64,000 nucleotides of DNA, from positions 248,001 through 312,000 of IMG/VR virus record IMGVR_UViG_3300034072_000758; one strand, written 5' to 3'. Below, piece after piece: positions 37,384 to 47,194 of the stretch. Below the pieces are notes generated by a model. The model made no database searches. It was given only the letters and a program-made list of their open reading frames with translations, and was not told the origin of the DNA. How positions within the stretch are numbered: the stretch's first letter is position 1; each line of letters starts with the position of its first letter. The position numbers were made by a program, and so were the translations under genes.

Positions 37384-38086
37384 TATGCGCTTTGCGGATC
37401 GCGGTCGAAGACATAGGGTTGTCGCCACCCACGAAATTAATATGCCGCGAGCACCAAGGAAGATAGCTATACAGCTTATACATTTCCGAGTTCTCACGAC
37501 CGACGATGGTACATGCGCCAGAATCACGAAAAGCGAGAGCATAGTTAGCTCGGTCGCCACCAGACACAAAAATAGTTTTATATGAGGGGCGATTTTTCCG
37601 AAGTTCAGCGTAAAGACGAGTAAAATTGCGCGAACAACCGTTCGGCATAGCGTCTTCAAATACCGGAAATACGTTGAGAGAATGCCCGCGCCACTTAGCC
37701 TCTTTGATAAGGCGCAGGGCGTCAACAACCTTCTCTTCGGGATACTCACCCTTAGAATTACGGTATTCGCTGTGATCGACGTGAATGACTATGGCGACTG
37801 TACCACCAGCCACAAACGATTCAAAGCGCCCATCAACGACAGCGTTTTCGATTTCAGCTTGCGCATCCAACGCACCCATAATGACGCTCAGGTGACCTTC
37901 GTGGAAGGGATGGAATGCCCCTGAGAACTGGAAGACCCAATAGTAATCGTCGGAGGGAAGAACGTTGTGATCAGCGTAGCGTACCGAATCATCCCACGGC
38001 TTCGTTTCTTCGAAGTATCCGGCGCGGTCGCAGTATTCCATCCCATAGCGCTTGTAGAGTGTTTTGTACCAAGGATCGTTGATCAT
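37376..38086 (-). CDS. HxGH-type nucleotidyltransferase (NadD/cytidylyltransferase-like)
   Basis: FSGAFHPFHEGH, GGD, MSSTAIR. Confidence 0.8.
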   Translation of the reverse strand: MINDPWYKTLYKRYGMEYCDRAGYFEETKPWDDSVRYADHNVLPSDDYYWVFQFSGAFHPFHEGHLSVIMGALDAQAEIENAVVDGRFESFVAGGTVAIVIHVDHSEYRNSKGEYPEEKVVDALRLIKEAKWRGHSLNVFPVFEDAMPNGCSRNFTRLYAELRKNRPSYKTIFVSGGDRANYALAFRDSGACTIVGRENSEMYKLYSYLPWCSRHINFVGGDNPMSSTAIRKAHNG

Positions 38087-38097
38087 GTTACCCTTCC

Positions 38098-38427
38098 CTA
38101 TGGTGTGTGACGGAAACCCGCTGATGGAAAACATTTCCTCTTTATTTCAGCGGTGATTTTATTCACACGCTTCATCTTCCGAGGATGGGTGTCAATATTG
38201 ACGTAGTACCACTTTTTCATATCAGGAAGTTCGAAAAGATCACGGAGGAAACCGTCACCGTTTATATAGCGGTCGTATTGCCCCTTGGTCATTTCAGCGC
38301 CGAAGAAATCGTATTCATCTTCGGCGTTGAAAGCTATCGCCACGATCTTGGTCCCACGCTTGGTATCGAATGCTACCAATTGCGGCCCATCGTAGTAATA
38401 TAGTATTTCGACTTCCTGATTATTCAT
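38098..38427 (-). CDS. Hypothetical protein
   Basis: LYYYDGPQL start, operonic. Confidence 0.6.
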   Translation of the reverse strand: MNNQEVEILYYYDGPQLVAFDTKRGTKIVAIAFNAEDEYDFFGAEMTKGQYDRYINGDGFLRDLFELPDMKKWYYVNIDTHPRKMKRVNKITAEIKRKCFPSAGFRHTP

Positions 38428-38810
38428 GAAATCAGTGTATACTTCACTTCGGTATTAGAGTCAAAGAAGCCGTCGCTTAAAACGAAAATTTTCTTTGTCT
38501 TGAGTACGGTAAAGCGCGTTAGAGCTTTCTCGATGTCAGACCCACCGCAGAACTTTGTAGGTGCGCGAATGTCGGAAAATTTTGTTGTCACGATTTCCTT
38601 GATTATGTCGTTATCGAAGTAAACAACGTGATAGATGTTATTCAGACCGAAGCAGCCTTTTCGCAACGTTTTGAACGCCGGGTCGAACTCGAAATTGAAT
38701 TGGCTTCCCGACACGTCAATGGCGATGCCATAGCAACGAGTTGTGTACAGCCACGAGATCGCCACAGAGGCCAGTGCGGCGATGACTATGATTAGGCTAG
38801 AAGCCATAAG
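38424..38810 (-). CDS. Membrane-anchored vWA-like domain protein
   Basis: TM helix then AIDVSGS...YFD...GGSD...LSDG (MIDAS). Confidence 0.65.
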   Translation of the reverse strand, partial: LMASSLIIVIAALASVAISWLYTTRCYGIAIDVSGSQFNFEFDPAFKTLRKGCFGLNNIYHVVYFDNDIIKEIVTTKFSDIRAPTKFCGGSDIEKALTRFTVLKTKKIFVLSDGFFDSNTEVKYTLIS

Positions 38811-39618
38811 CCACGTCTCCCCGAATGATGTAGCGATGGCCATTGCCGACGAACTCTTGGACCTGATGGCAGAGCCAGTGCGGGAAGATCAGGAGACGAC
38901 CGGCCTTCGGCTGGATGCTGTGAATGATTTCGTCGGCGGTCGCTTGGCGCGTCCAATCATCACGCTTCCAGTCAGCCGGGGCCAGATGCTCTTGTCCGTC
39001 CTTGACGAATTGGAAATGACCGCCTTCGCCATCGAGATCGTTCAGATACAGAACCCACGAATAGAGGGTGATATATTTTTCCGATTCGTTGATAAATGGC
39101 GCGTCATAGTGCGGAACGTGCTTGCCACCCGACGAATATTTCATGAAGCGCATCCACGGCGTTGAGCCAAGAAGTTCATACTTCTGTTCCGGGGAGAATG
39201 GCAGCATGAAATCGAGCGGTTCATCTGAGCGTCCCCACGAAGCCGACATAGAGCCATCGCGTTCCAGCGTCAGATAGCGATAGTCCGCGAGACAGCCATC
39301 GAGAATGGTGGACATATAGGCGTCGAACCCATCCGCCCATGCCATTGCGCGCCATGAGCCGATATTGGCCGAAGGATCGCCGTAGCCATCAACGCCGACC
39401 GGGTACTTGGACGGTTGGGCTTCGAAGTCGGAGATCAGAGCTTGGCACTGTTCCGGCGACAGAACATCGTCACAGCACAGGGCCTTGTAGTCGATGTATT
39501 TTGTCTTGATGACGTGATCTGTCACTTCAACAGACTTGTTGTTTGCGTCATAGAAGTTGACGCAATTCCATGTCGGCTTTGCGGCCAGCGGACCAGTGTA
39601 TTTCTTGAGGTTCCACAT
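38797..39618 (-). CDS. 2OG-Fe(II) dioxygenase (prolyl-hydroxylase-like)
   Basis: RFMKY..GG.H.PHYD, LYLND, GRLLIFPH..CH, RYIIRGDV. Confidence 0.85.
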   Translation of the reverse strand: MWNLKKYTGPLAAKPTWNCVNFYDANNKSVEVTDHVIKTKYIDYKALCCDDVLSPEQCQALISDFEAQPSKYPVGVDGYGDPSANIGSWRAMAWADGFDAYMSTILDGCLADYRYLTLERDGSMSASWGRSDEPLDFMLPFSPEQKYELLGSTPWMRFMKYSSGGKHVPHYDAPFINESEKYITLYSWVLYLNDLDGEGGHFQFVKDGQEHLAPADWKRDDWTRQATADEIIHSIQPKAGRLLIFPHWLCHQVQEFVGNGHRYIIRGDVAYGF

Positions 39619-39620
39619 GG

Positions 39621-40058
39621 TTAGGCGTCCAGCTTCGACCAGAATTGAGCGCGCGAAGTCACGCCTTCTTCGCTGTTGCCGAAAAATTCGGGAAACAGTT
39701 GAGCCATCTGTCCGACAGCGCGTTCGTGTGCTGAAATCGTTTGACCCAAGCAAAGATTGGTAAGAACACCGCTGATAGTCCGATTGACGAAATCGGCCAC
39801 AGTTTGTTCACCGCCGACCACGGCACGGCGAAGACGTTCCAGAAGATCGCGCAGAGCGACACAGGTGTTATAGCTATCCACCGCCGATTGTGAGATATGA
39901 AGCATATCATCGGTGAAGGTCAGATTGATCACGCCGCCCATTTGCTTTTCAGTGGCTCGCGCATATTGAATGCGCTGGTCGATCTTCATCAGAAGTTCTT
40001 CTTTTAGAGAAAATTCGGACATAGATATATGCTCCATATTTTGTTGATATGGTGCCAA
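39621..40058 (-). CDS. Hypothetical protein (start likely MSEFS)
   Basis: GGAG RBS. Confidence 0.6.
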   Translation of the reverse strand: MAPYQQNMEHISMSEFSLKEELLMKIDQRIQYARATEKQMGGVINLTFTDDMLHISQSAVDSYNTCVALRDLLERLRRAVVGGEQTVADFVNRTISGVLTNLCLGQTISAHERAVGQMAQLFPEFFGNSEEGVTSRAQFWSKLDA

Positions 40059-40090
40059 TATATCCCAAACAAAGATATTGTCAAGCTATC

Positions 40091-40528
40091 TCAGTCGAAA
40101 TAAAGTTGAAAAAGTAATTCGTCATCATGGCTGAAAGAAATCCGAAGTGGATTTATGTCACCAATGATATGCTGAAATATTGGGAAGCGCTCAGATATAT
40201 CAGCAATGATCTTGTCAGTCTTCGTTTGGTGATAAACCGATAGACGATTTCCATACCAAATACGATATAAGTTATCACCGCATCGCCACATAACAATTCG
40301 ATCAGATTCTCGAATTGTTACGCCGTTAATTTCTAACACACATGTAATTGGAAGCGTGTTGTTGGTAATTAAGTGTATTGTCTGATCAGCGAAAATGGCA
40401 GTCTTATAGTCAAGCGTCATCCCACCCGATGATATGATTGGCGGTCCCGGCGGAGAAGATTTTATTCCACCTCCGCCTCCACCGTGGCCAAAACCAATAA
40501 AATCACTAACGCTCAATTTTAAACCCAA
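40091..40528 (-). CDS. Hypothetical protein, C-terminal tail family
   Basis: Gly/Pro-rich N-terminus; ends HDDELLFQLYFD. Confidence 0.5.
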   Translation of the reverse strand: MGLKLSVSDFIGFGHGGGGGGIKSSPPGPPIISSGGMTLDYKTAIFADQTIHLITNNTLPITCVLEINGVTIRESDRIVMWRCGDNLYRIWYGNRLSVYHQTKTDKIIADISERFPIFQHIIGDINPLRISFSHDDELLFQLYFD

Positions 40529-40561
40529 TCTGGTTGCTCGCTGCCATAGCCTTCGGCATAC

Positions 40562-41659
40562 TTAAACGGGAAATGATAACTTGTTTTCGTCGTACTCTTC
40601 GTCTCCATCACCCCATTCGGCGTGACGTTCTTTCTGTGACTTCCTCGATTCAACAACAACGCGCTTGACCAATTCGCCATACATATGGCCGCAGTCATTG
40701 CCGTAATCTTGACCTGTGTAGACCATCGGTGAAAGTCGAATACCGATTGTCTCTAAACCACTGATAAAATTGGCGTATTTCAGATAATAATAAAATGATA
40801 CCTGAGACTCTTGGAGACCTTGGATACGAGAGAGCGAGAGAAGGAGTTCGCCCAATTGGCGGCGCGAGAAGACTGGATTATGAAAACTGCCGTAATCACC
40901 GAAGAAAAATTTCAGCTTGTCGCTATTATCAAAGAAACGGCGTTCCGCCTTCAATTCGGCAATCTCTTGCGTTATCTCAGTCGCAGACAATTCCGGGTCG
41001 TTGGCGATCTCAGCAATTTCAGCTTCGAGTTTTTCGAATGCCTTTACATATTCGGACCAATAAAGCTCTTTCAGCCGGGGATTCTTACCATTCCAATCCG
41101 GGGTATTCTCGTAGATGTCGGCCAGAGCGTCATATGCTGTCTCGCTTACTACAAAGCGCGTGAGCAAGGCTGGTTGATTGTGGTGATTGATGAACATACG
41201 ATTGTCGTGGAAGTGTTCTTCTAACTCTTCCCATATGGAGTGAAGAACATCCCATGTGGGCGCAATTTCGGATGAAGGCACAAAACCCCGATCTTTAATC
41301 AATGCCTGAACATCAACCGCTTTCTGATGAACGGGATTGTTGCCCGCAACTACTTTAAGCGCGTAATAGTCCAATCCCGCCAAAAAATACATCATGGCTG
41401 TCATATTGTGAGCGTCTTCGGTCAGGACGAACGTGCCATAGTCGTTATACTTACCACGGAGGGGTAACCCGAACTCGTTCCAGAATGCGTTGTAATAGCA
41501 CGTAGAGTCGAAAGGCGCGCGAACCTTCACTTCATCCTTGCCGATAATGACGGTCGTTAAGCTATAATCGTTGTTTTGAAAAATGGGGATGATTACACAA
41601 GGCTGTTGCTCTTGGATCGATTGGTGTGTGACCGCGCATTGTGTAAGGAACGAACCCAT
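40562..41659 (-). CDS. Hypothetical phage protein
   Basis: MGSF...C.VT...PLRGKYNDYG. Confidence 0.7.
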   Translation of the reverse strand: MGSFLTQCAVTHQSIQEQQPCVIIPIFQNNDYSLTTVIIGKDEVKVRAPFDSTCYYNAFWNEFGLPLRGKYNDYGTFVLTEDAHNMTAMMYFLAGLDYYALKVVAGNNPVHQKAVDVQALIKDRGFVPSSEIAPTWDVLHSIWEELEEHFHDNRMFINHHNQPALLTRFVVSETAYDALADIYENTPDWNGKNPRLKELYWSEYVKAFEKLEAEIAEIANDPELSATEITQEIAELKAERRFFDNSDKLKFFFGDYGSFHNPVFSRRQLGELLLSLSRIQGLQESQVSFYYYLKYANFISGLETIGIRLSPMVYTGQDYGNDCGHMYGELVKRVVVESRKSQKERHAEWGDGDEEYDENKLSFPV

Positions 41660-41732
41660 TTGTAACCCCAGCTTGTTAAGAAATTGTTAACCGAATTGCG
41701 TTCGGTTGTCAAATCTCATTTCAAACATAAAA

Positions 41733-42113
41733 TCATTTGTAAGTCAACAATAGGTAAGAAAGAAAATCCCAAGCGGATTCGTCATCTGCCTCCGTATTAT
41801 AAATGTATGTTAATTTATCCATTCGTAGAAAAACAGAATTTCCACCCAACACTGTATATTGTGGATTGAAACCAGAGACATCCCACCCAATTACTATATA
41901 GGCGAACTGTTTCCCGTTTATGATGATGTGTAGCGAAAGGCTATCCGCGCGCTGGAACTGGTATACAAGTATGGGATGTCCGTGATAATTGACATCCCAT
42001 ACATTTTGTTTGACCTCGACAAGGTTTTCCTTACTCAAGCGCCATAGGTCTTGAACAAAAAATACCCAAGCCTCTTGGAGATTATAATTTTTGCTGACTT
42101 GTAACATATACAC
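41733..42113 (-). CDS. Hypothetical protein, C-terminal tail family
   Basis: Ends DDESAWDFLSYLLLTYK. Confidence 0.55.
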   Translation of the reverse strand: MYMLQVSKNYNLQEAWVFFVQDLWRLSKENLVEVKQNVWDVNYHGHPILVYQFQRADSLSLHIIINGKQFAYIVIGWDVSGFNPQYTVLGGNSVFLRMDKLTYIYNTEADDESAWDFLSYLLLTYK

Positions 42114-42966
42114 GGCACCCCATGATGATGCTATCGTAGTAACGTTGGCGGAAATCTTCGAGTTTTTTGTTCAGATGGAATCCACCGAACGGAAGCTCGT
42201 ATTTGAAACGGTTACGAAAGATGTTGTCCATGAACAGTTGCGGGTCGCCCAGCTTGCCGATAGTTTCACCGATTTTCATAATTTCGGGGATCGTCGGCTC
42301 ATATGCCAACCGAGCGATAAGTTCGATCTGATCATAATTGGCACCGATCATGGTATAATCGTTCACTTCCCCGGAAAACAGGAGGTCACCAGATGGAACG
42401 GCTTCTATGATCGATTGTGGCACACCGAGTTCCCGTGCCATTTGATAAACTTCGGACTTGTGAAGATGGCTGATCAGATAGAGGTCTTGAGCGGCGTCCG
42501 ACGCTTTGCCCCAGAAACCGAGGTAGGCGGCTTCATCGAAATTGGCCGTACCGACCACGACCGGTTTAAGGCCGTAGCAACGATATTCGGCAGCGACACC
42601 ATAGAAGATGGCGTTACGGATGATCGGAAGGGCGGCTTCGTTCATCGCACCTTCGGTCATGTCACAGTTCAGACGACCATCGGAAAGAACCGTGCCGAAG
42701 GGGAACTGGAAATTGACCGTCTTGGGCGTGGCGTTGCGGAAGATTTCGCAGAACTCGCGCGTATTGTTCCCGGCCTTGCTGGAATAGGTTTGGTTTGGAG
42801 CATTGGCGCAGACGAGAATGACGCGGATGCCAGCTTCGGACAGGATAGCCGCTGTGACGGCGCTGTCGATACCGCCTGAAAAGCCGACGATGGCCGTGTT
42901 CAGATCGCGGTCTTTGAACCATTGCTTTGTGAGACCTATGATATTTTCGCGCACTAGAATGCTCAT
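42082..42966 (-). CDS. nadE: NH3-dependent NAD+ synthetase
   Basis: VGFSGGIDSAV, VVGTAN..E...GFWGK..D, LHKSEVY..A..LGVP.SII...PSGDL. Confidence 0.9.
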   Translation of the reverse strand: MSILVRENIIGLTKQWFKDRDLNTAIVGFSGGIDSAVTAAILSEAGIRVILVCANAPNQTYSSKAGNNTREFCEIFRNATPKTVNFQFPFGTVLSDGRLNCDMTEGAMNEAALPIIRNAIFYGVAAEYRCYGLKPVVVGTANFDEAAYLGFWGKASDAAQDLYLISHLHKSEVYQMARELGVPQSIIEAVPSGDLLFSGEVNDYTMIGANYDQIELIARLAYEPTIPEIMKIGETIGKLGDPQLFMDNIFRNRFKYELPFGGFHLNKKLEDFRQRYYDSIIMGCRVYVTSQQKL

Positions 42967-43081
42967 AGAAAATGCTCCTATATTATTTCGATCTTTCTTT
43001 CATAGCATAGATTTCAAAAATGTAAAGTCATCTTGATTTACTTAATGATGTTTTGTATAATAGGTTAATGGAGAATTAAAT

Positions 43082-43540
43082 ATGTTTGATCTGAATGGTA
43101 TATTGCCTGAGAGCTATCCCAATATATTGATAAAACTTACCGATCTTATGGATATTCCTGTATTAGTTGACGCTATTGAAAATATAGATAATGATTCAAA
43201 AACTATTCCAATGATGCTTCATTTGAGAGTGGGTGGGGCCTATGATCGCATGATTGCTTATTATTTCGACGCGATCAGAAATCTTCAAAAAACGGACAAA
43301 GAAATAGCATCTATGTTCGCTATCTCTTTAAAAGACGTATATTCTATGCGAGCGGGTATTTTTGAAGCGTGTCTGAAACGAGCGATACCCATGCTCTACC
43401 ATGACTATTTCCAACACAATAGGAGTGGTTGCGAATGGAGCTTCGAAACTTCCTACAGAAGGAAACTTATCGATACAAACTTGCGCAACCCTCACGCATT
43501 GTATATAAATAGCTTCATTCGTTTCCACAGGTACGCCTAA
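43082..43540 (+). CDS. Hypothetical protein with a possible HTH
   Basis: TDKEIASMFAISLKDVY; TTGATT..TATAAT promoter and GGAG RBS. Confidence 0.55.
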   Translation: MFDLNGILPESYPNILIKLTDLMDIPVLVDAIENIDNDSKTIPMMLHLRVGGAYDRMIAYYFDAIRNLQKTDKEIASMFAISLKDVYSMRAGIFEACLKRAIPMLYHDYFQHNRSGCEWSFETSYRRKLIDTNLRNPHALYINSFIRFHRYA

Positions 43541-43548
43541 ATATTCCC

Positions 43549-43839
43549 ATGAGAGACATCCTAAACAAACTGAGCGGCTTAACCGAAAGTGAATCCTTGA
43601 CGCACGAGGATAAGAAATACGTATGCTATACGGAAGATAGCAACGGCAATCAGCTATCTCAATTTTATGGCGATGCTATCAACGATCTTCTCAAAGAAGC
43701 CCTTCGTTCGGATGACTCTGTTCATGTTGTGACTATATTCCGCAATGAGAATAACGAACACGTTGCTACTTATACTCGCACGGACGCGCCAACTCTTCGT
43801 GGTGATGGCTGGGAACTGATTAAACAAAATATTGGTTGA
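43549..43839 (+). CDS. Leader-bearing small late protein
   Basis: CCTAAATA-TTCCC-ATG; MRDILNKLSGLTE. Confidence 0.65.
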   Translation: MRDILNKLSGLTESESLTHEDKKYVCYTEDSNGNQLSQFYGDAINDLLKEALRSDDSVHVVTIFRNENNEHVATYTRTDAPTLRGDGWELIKQNIG

Positions 43840-43886
43840 TTTCGTAGACTAAGCTTTCTATAGTCTTCCCACTATAGGAGTTCAGA

Positions 43887-44615
43887 ATGTCAGATACCGA
43901 GGTTAGCCCATCGCATTGGATGCTTGAGCCAGATGCTCGCATTTTCAAGCACATAGGCTATGATCTCAATCCTTCCAAAATGCGAATGATGATGGAGTTT
44001 GCCGAGAACTTCAACCAATCAAAATTCAATGATGGTAAGCATGTATCTGGGCGCGATCTGATCTTTAATTTTTTCAGCATACCCGATAAAAGCGTTCGTG
44101 CCGAGATTGGTGATGAATTGCTCAACTTTATCATTGGGCCGTGTGCCGAACGCTATAAGGTCAACAATGACCTGAAACTGTTCACCGATCTTGTCAAATT
44201 TCCTCTTCTATACACACTCGTGGAAGTCTTGTCTCTTGGGCTTCTTCCAACAAGTGCTCGTAAAGACTTCTATCCAAAATTCCTCGATCTGGGAGATACG
44301 TTCTCCCCGGAGATTCCCAATATCGAAATGGGGCCGTTGGGGCTTGTCGTCAATCCCGATCCGCTATGGGAAGCGCGAACACAGGTCTTCGGGCTTCTCG
44401 CCGAGGTATGCGCACCGATCTTTGATGAAGCTGGGTCCGGGGAGATTGCTGAGATCGCCCGCAAGATCATCGCTGATAACCCGGCGCAAGCGGACAAGGC
44501 CAGAGAGGATCAAAAGCTGGTGGGATGGTTCATGGGCCAAGTCATGAAACAGCTTAAGACCAAGACCGATCCTAACGCTGTTCGAGCGGTCGTAATCGAA
44601 GAGTTGTCCAAATGA
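43887..44615 (+). CDS. Protein with C-terminal GatB/YqeY tRNA-binding domain
   Basis: IIADNP......KLVGWFMGQVMK......DP..V. Confidence 0.75.
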   Translation: MSDTEVSPSHWMLEPDARIFKHIGYDLNPSKMRMMMEFAENFNQSKFNDGKHVSGRDLIFNFFSIPDKSVRAEIGDELLNFIIGPCAERYKVNNDLKLFTDLVKFPLLYTLVEVLSLGLLPTSARKDFYPKFLDLGDTFSPEIPNIEMGPLGLVVNPDPLWEARTQVFGLLAEVCAPIFDEAGSGEIAEIARKIIADNPAQADKAREDQKLVGWFMGQVMKQLKTKTDPNAVRAVVIEELSK

Positions 44616-44986
44616 AGATAGGCGATGTGGAAGCCGATACGGCGTTCTGGGTAAGATTTTGGAACGTTACTCCGACAGAGGGATACCTAAAACACTGGAA
44701 TGGTAGAACGATCCGCCTGATAAAAGCGCGTCACCAGATGCGAGACAGCATAGGGATGTATTCTTTCTATTATCGTCTCGATCTCCATATTTACGGGATG
44801 ATGCGTTGCTATGTATCTTGGAATACAAGGCGCGTGTTGCCCGGTGTTGATCATCCGTCAATTGAGTTTTATGGCCCGACGCCCATTGAGAAAAATTTCA
44901 AGAAATCTTGGATAAAATTCTACAAGGACTGTAATGTCAACGAAGTTCAAGACATCATGGTTATGGCTATGATGGGTATACTTTAA
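44612..44986 (+). CDS. Hypothetical protein, C-terminal tail family
   Basis: Ends EVQDIMVMAMMGIL. Confidence 0.6.
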   Translation: MKIGDVEADTAFWVRFWNVTPTEGYLKHWNGRTIRLIKARHQMRDSIGMYSFYYRLDLHIYGMMRCYVSWNTRRVLPGVDHPSIEFYGPTPIEKNFKKSWIKFYKDCNVNEVQDIMVMAMMGIL

Positions 44987-45032
44987 CCCTTGCTTAATTC
45001 CAAAACGCTTGATTTAACAGAGGGTCTTGTGG

Positions 45033-45065
45033 TATAAATACTGTACGGCCCTTAAGGCCGTTTTT
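45033..45065 (+). promoter_or_regulatory. Late promoter TATAAATA followed by a short hairpin and T tract, upstream of the RF1-like gene
   Basis: TATAAATA 45033-45040; ACGGCC-CTTAA-GGCCGT-TTTT. Confidence 0.55.
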
Positions 45066-45078
45066 ATGGAGTATCACG

Positions 45079-45762
45079 ATGAAGTATAATATCGAGATTC
45101 GCTCCGCCGAAGGTGGGAGCGATAGTCAGCTTTTCGTAGCTGATCTGGCCAATGCTTATGCCAAACTCTTCAACTCGAAGGGTTGAAAGCACCGTGTCGT
45201 AAAAGAGAGACCGAGCGACACAGGTTTCTTCGAAATCACCATAGAGGTCAATGGTGAAAATCTCAAACAATTAAAGAATGAAGCTGGTGGACACCGTATC
45301 CAACGTGTTCCACCAACGGAAAAACGTGGCCGGGTACATACCAGTACCGTAACGGTCGCGGTGATCGATGCTGACCAGACGCAGGATACTGCCGACGAAC
45401 AGTTCGAATACCGTTGGTTCTCAGGCACCGGGGCTGGTGGTCAACACCGTAACAAGCACCAGAACTGCCTAGAGCTTACACACGTCGCCACAGGCATCAA
45501 ACAGAGCGCCCACGGGCGTTGTCGAGAAAGCAACAAGCGTGAGGCTCTGGACGCCATCAGGGCGAAGCTACAGAGCCATTATGCGGGTCAGTTTGGTGTC
45601 AAGAAGAATACGGATCGTTCCAGTCAGATCGGATCGGGAATGCGCGGGGACAAGCGCCGCACATATCGTTTCCAAGATGATTCGGTGGTCGATCATGAAA
45701 CCAATAAAGCCACGTCCTGCCGGTCTCTAATGAAGGGGAAGTTTGACGAGCTTTGGTCCTAA
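45079..45762 (+). CDS. RF1-like peptide chain release factor lacking domain 1, with in-frame TGA at codon 36
   Basis: GGAG RBS; MKYNIEIRSAEGGSDSQLF...YAKLFNSKG*KHR...EAGGHRIQRVPPTEKRGRVHTSTVTVAV...GAGGQHRNK...KRRTY; TGA at 45184-45186. Confidence 0.85.
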
Positions 45763-46076
45763 GCGACACCCGGAGCGGGGTTCTTATCCCGCTCCATATT
45801 CGTTCGGATGCGCCCACGTAGAATGTTTTTGGCGTGAGTGAAATATATGGTTTCGTTCTCAGTAAAGAAGTCGAAAGAGACAATCTCTTTTATGAGAGAA
45901 TGGTACGCCCATTTCCGCACCAAATCGTCTTCGATCTTAGATATACCGACGATCATGTTACTGTAGTGGTTCACGAAGCTGGCGATTTTTCGCACCCGTA
46001 CATCATCGGGCGCTTTTACCAGCATGTCGGCCAGATTGATCGCGGCTTGAGAATTTCCGAAAGTCGTGGGGTTCAT
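45759..46076 (-). CDS. Hypothetical protein
   Basis: Operonic ORF. Confidence 0.55.
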   Translation of the reverse strand: MNPTTFGNSQAAINLADMLVKAPDDVRVRKIASFVNHYSNMIVGISKIEDDLVRKWAYHSLIKEIVSFDFFTENETIYFTHAKNILRGRIRTNMERDKNPAPGVA

Positions 46077-46675
46077 ACGTGTAACATTACCTTCATTAGG
46101 TCTTCTTCTAGTTTGGTCATGTCACCACAAACAATCAAGGGTGTGTTGACAATAATACCATGCGGGGGTGATTTGCCCCAGCGCCCGATGCTTCCGTTTT
46201 CGGTCTCAACATATAGAACTTTGATCGGGATTTTAGAACGATTTGATGTTTGATAATGACTATAACCGGAATCGCGGAAATGCCTATCCCATTCATTCTC
46301 GCGTTGTCTTTGCTTATATTCTTCGTCCACATAATGAGTACGAAAAGACGGTCCCTTAAAGCTAGGGCGTGTTTCTATCACCGCATTTCCTTCGCGGTCA
46401 TATGTATGTTTAATTGCGAAATCTGGGTAATCTTTGATATGGTCTTCGATCCGGCGCAGAAAAGTTTCAAATGTGGTGAAATCGAAAGAGATTTTCTTCG
46501 CATCGATCCACTGACCAAAACTTATGTACGAGTCCTCGTCAGATAAGGATTTGTGTCTATTATATTTGGCTTCTTCGGCCTCAAACCAGACGCTCGAACG
46601 TTCTTCTTCACGATCAATGCTGGCCGTGAACCAGATAGTCAATAAGACAGCAACAACCCCTAGTGCGATCCACAT
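46073..46675 (-). CDS. Membrane-anchored protein, C-terminal tail family
   Basis: N-terminal TM; ends LEEDLMKVMLHV. Confidence 0.65.
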   Translation of the reverse strand: MWIALGVVAVLLTIWFTASIDREEERSSVWFEAEEAKYNRHKSLSDEDSYISFGQWIDAKKISFDFTTFETFLRRIEDHIKDYPDFAIKHTYDREGNAVIETRPSFKGPSFRTHYVDEEYKQRQRENEWDRHFRDSGYSHYQTSNRSKIPIKVLYVETENGSIGRWGKSPPHGIIVNTPLIVCGDMTKLEEDLMKVMLHV

Positions 46676-47125
46676 TTACTTCAAAGCCGCTATTTCTCTG
46701 TAAACCAGTTCGATAGAACGAATATTTTCAAGAATTTCGTTCGTTGGCTTAAGCGCATGGGCGATACGGGCGGCTGTCTGAAAGATCATTTCTTCATTAG
46801 CCAGATCACCAGTACCATTCTCCTTACGAAGCAATTCACGAATTTCAGCCCAATCCGCGTCATAGCGGGATTGAATGGCATTCTTGGATGCTTCGTAAGT
46901 CGCCACTTCGGCGCGATAATTTAACAATTCCGTCTTGGCGTTTTCGAGTTCTTCGTCCGTGAAATTGGCGAGGCTCTTTGCCAGCAGTGGCGACGGGATA
47001 GGGGCAATCGGATTTGCCATGCGGGGGAAGAAATGGCCCGCATTCAGCTTGGCCCTCAGTGTCGTAGGTTCGGTGCGATCTTTGTGGTCGATCTCTACTT
47101 CGAAATTGAGGTAATCAGGATTCAT
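46676..47125 (-). CDS. Hypothetical protein
   Basis: AGGGG RBS. Confidence 0.65.
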   Translation of the reverse strand: MNPDYLNFEVEIDHKDRTEPTTLRAKLNAGHFFPRMANPIAPIPSPLLAKSLANFTDEELENAKTELLNYRAEVATYEASKNAIQSRYDADWAEIRELLRKENGTGDLANEEMIFQTAARIAHALKPTNEILENIRSIELVYREIAALK

Positions 47126-47146
47126 TACTCGCCCCTAAAATGACTT

Positions 47147-47194
47147 GTCCCGACTACATGGCTTTGGGGGGGGGGTGGACCATGTAGCCGGGAC
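47147..47194. repeat. 15-bp imperfect inverted repeat with a G10/C10 loop
   Basis: GTCCCGACTACATGG ... CCATGTAGCCGGGAC. Confidence 0.75.

Noticed and set aside
36895-37749. Extended ORF-track starts (also 3254, 15629, 30498, 33249, 35537, 39753, 54488)
   Set aside because: They overlap neighbouring genes or promoters. Downstream starts fit promoter spacing, RBS or homology better.
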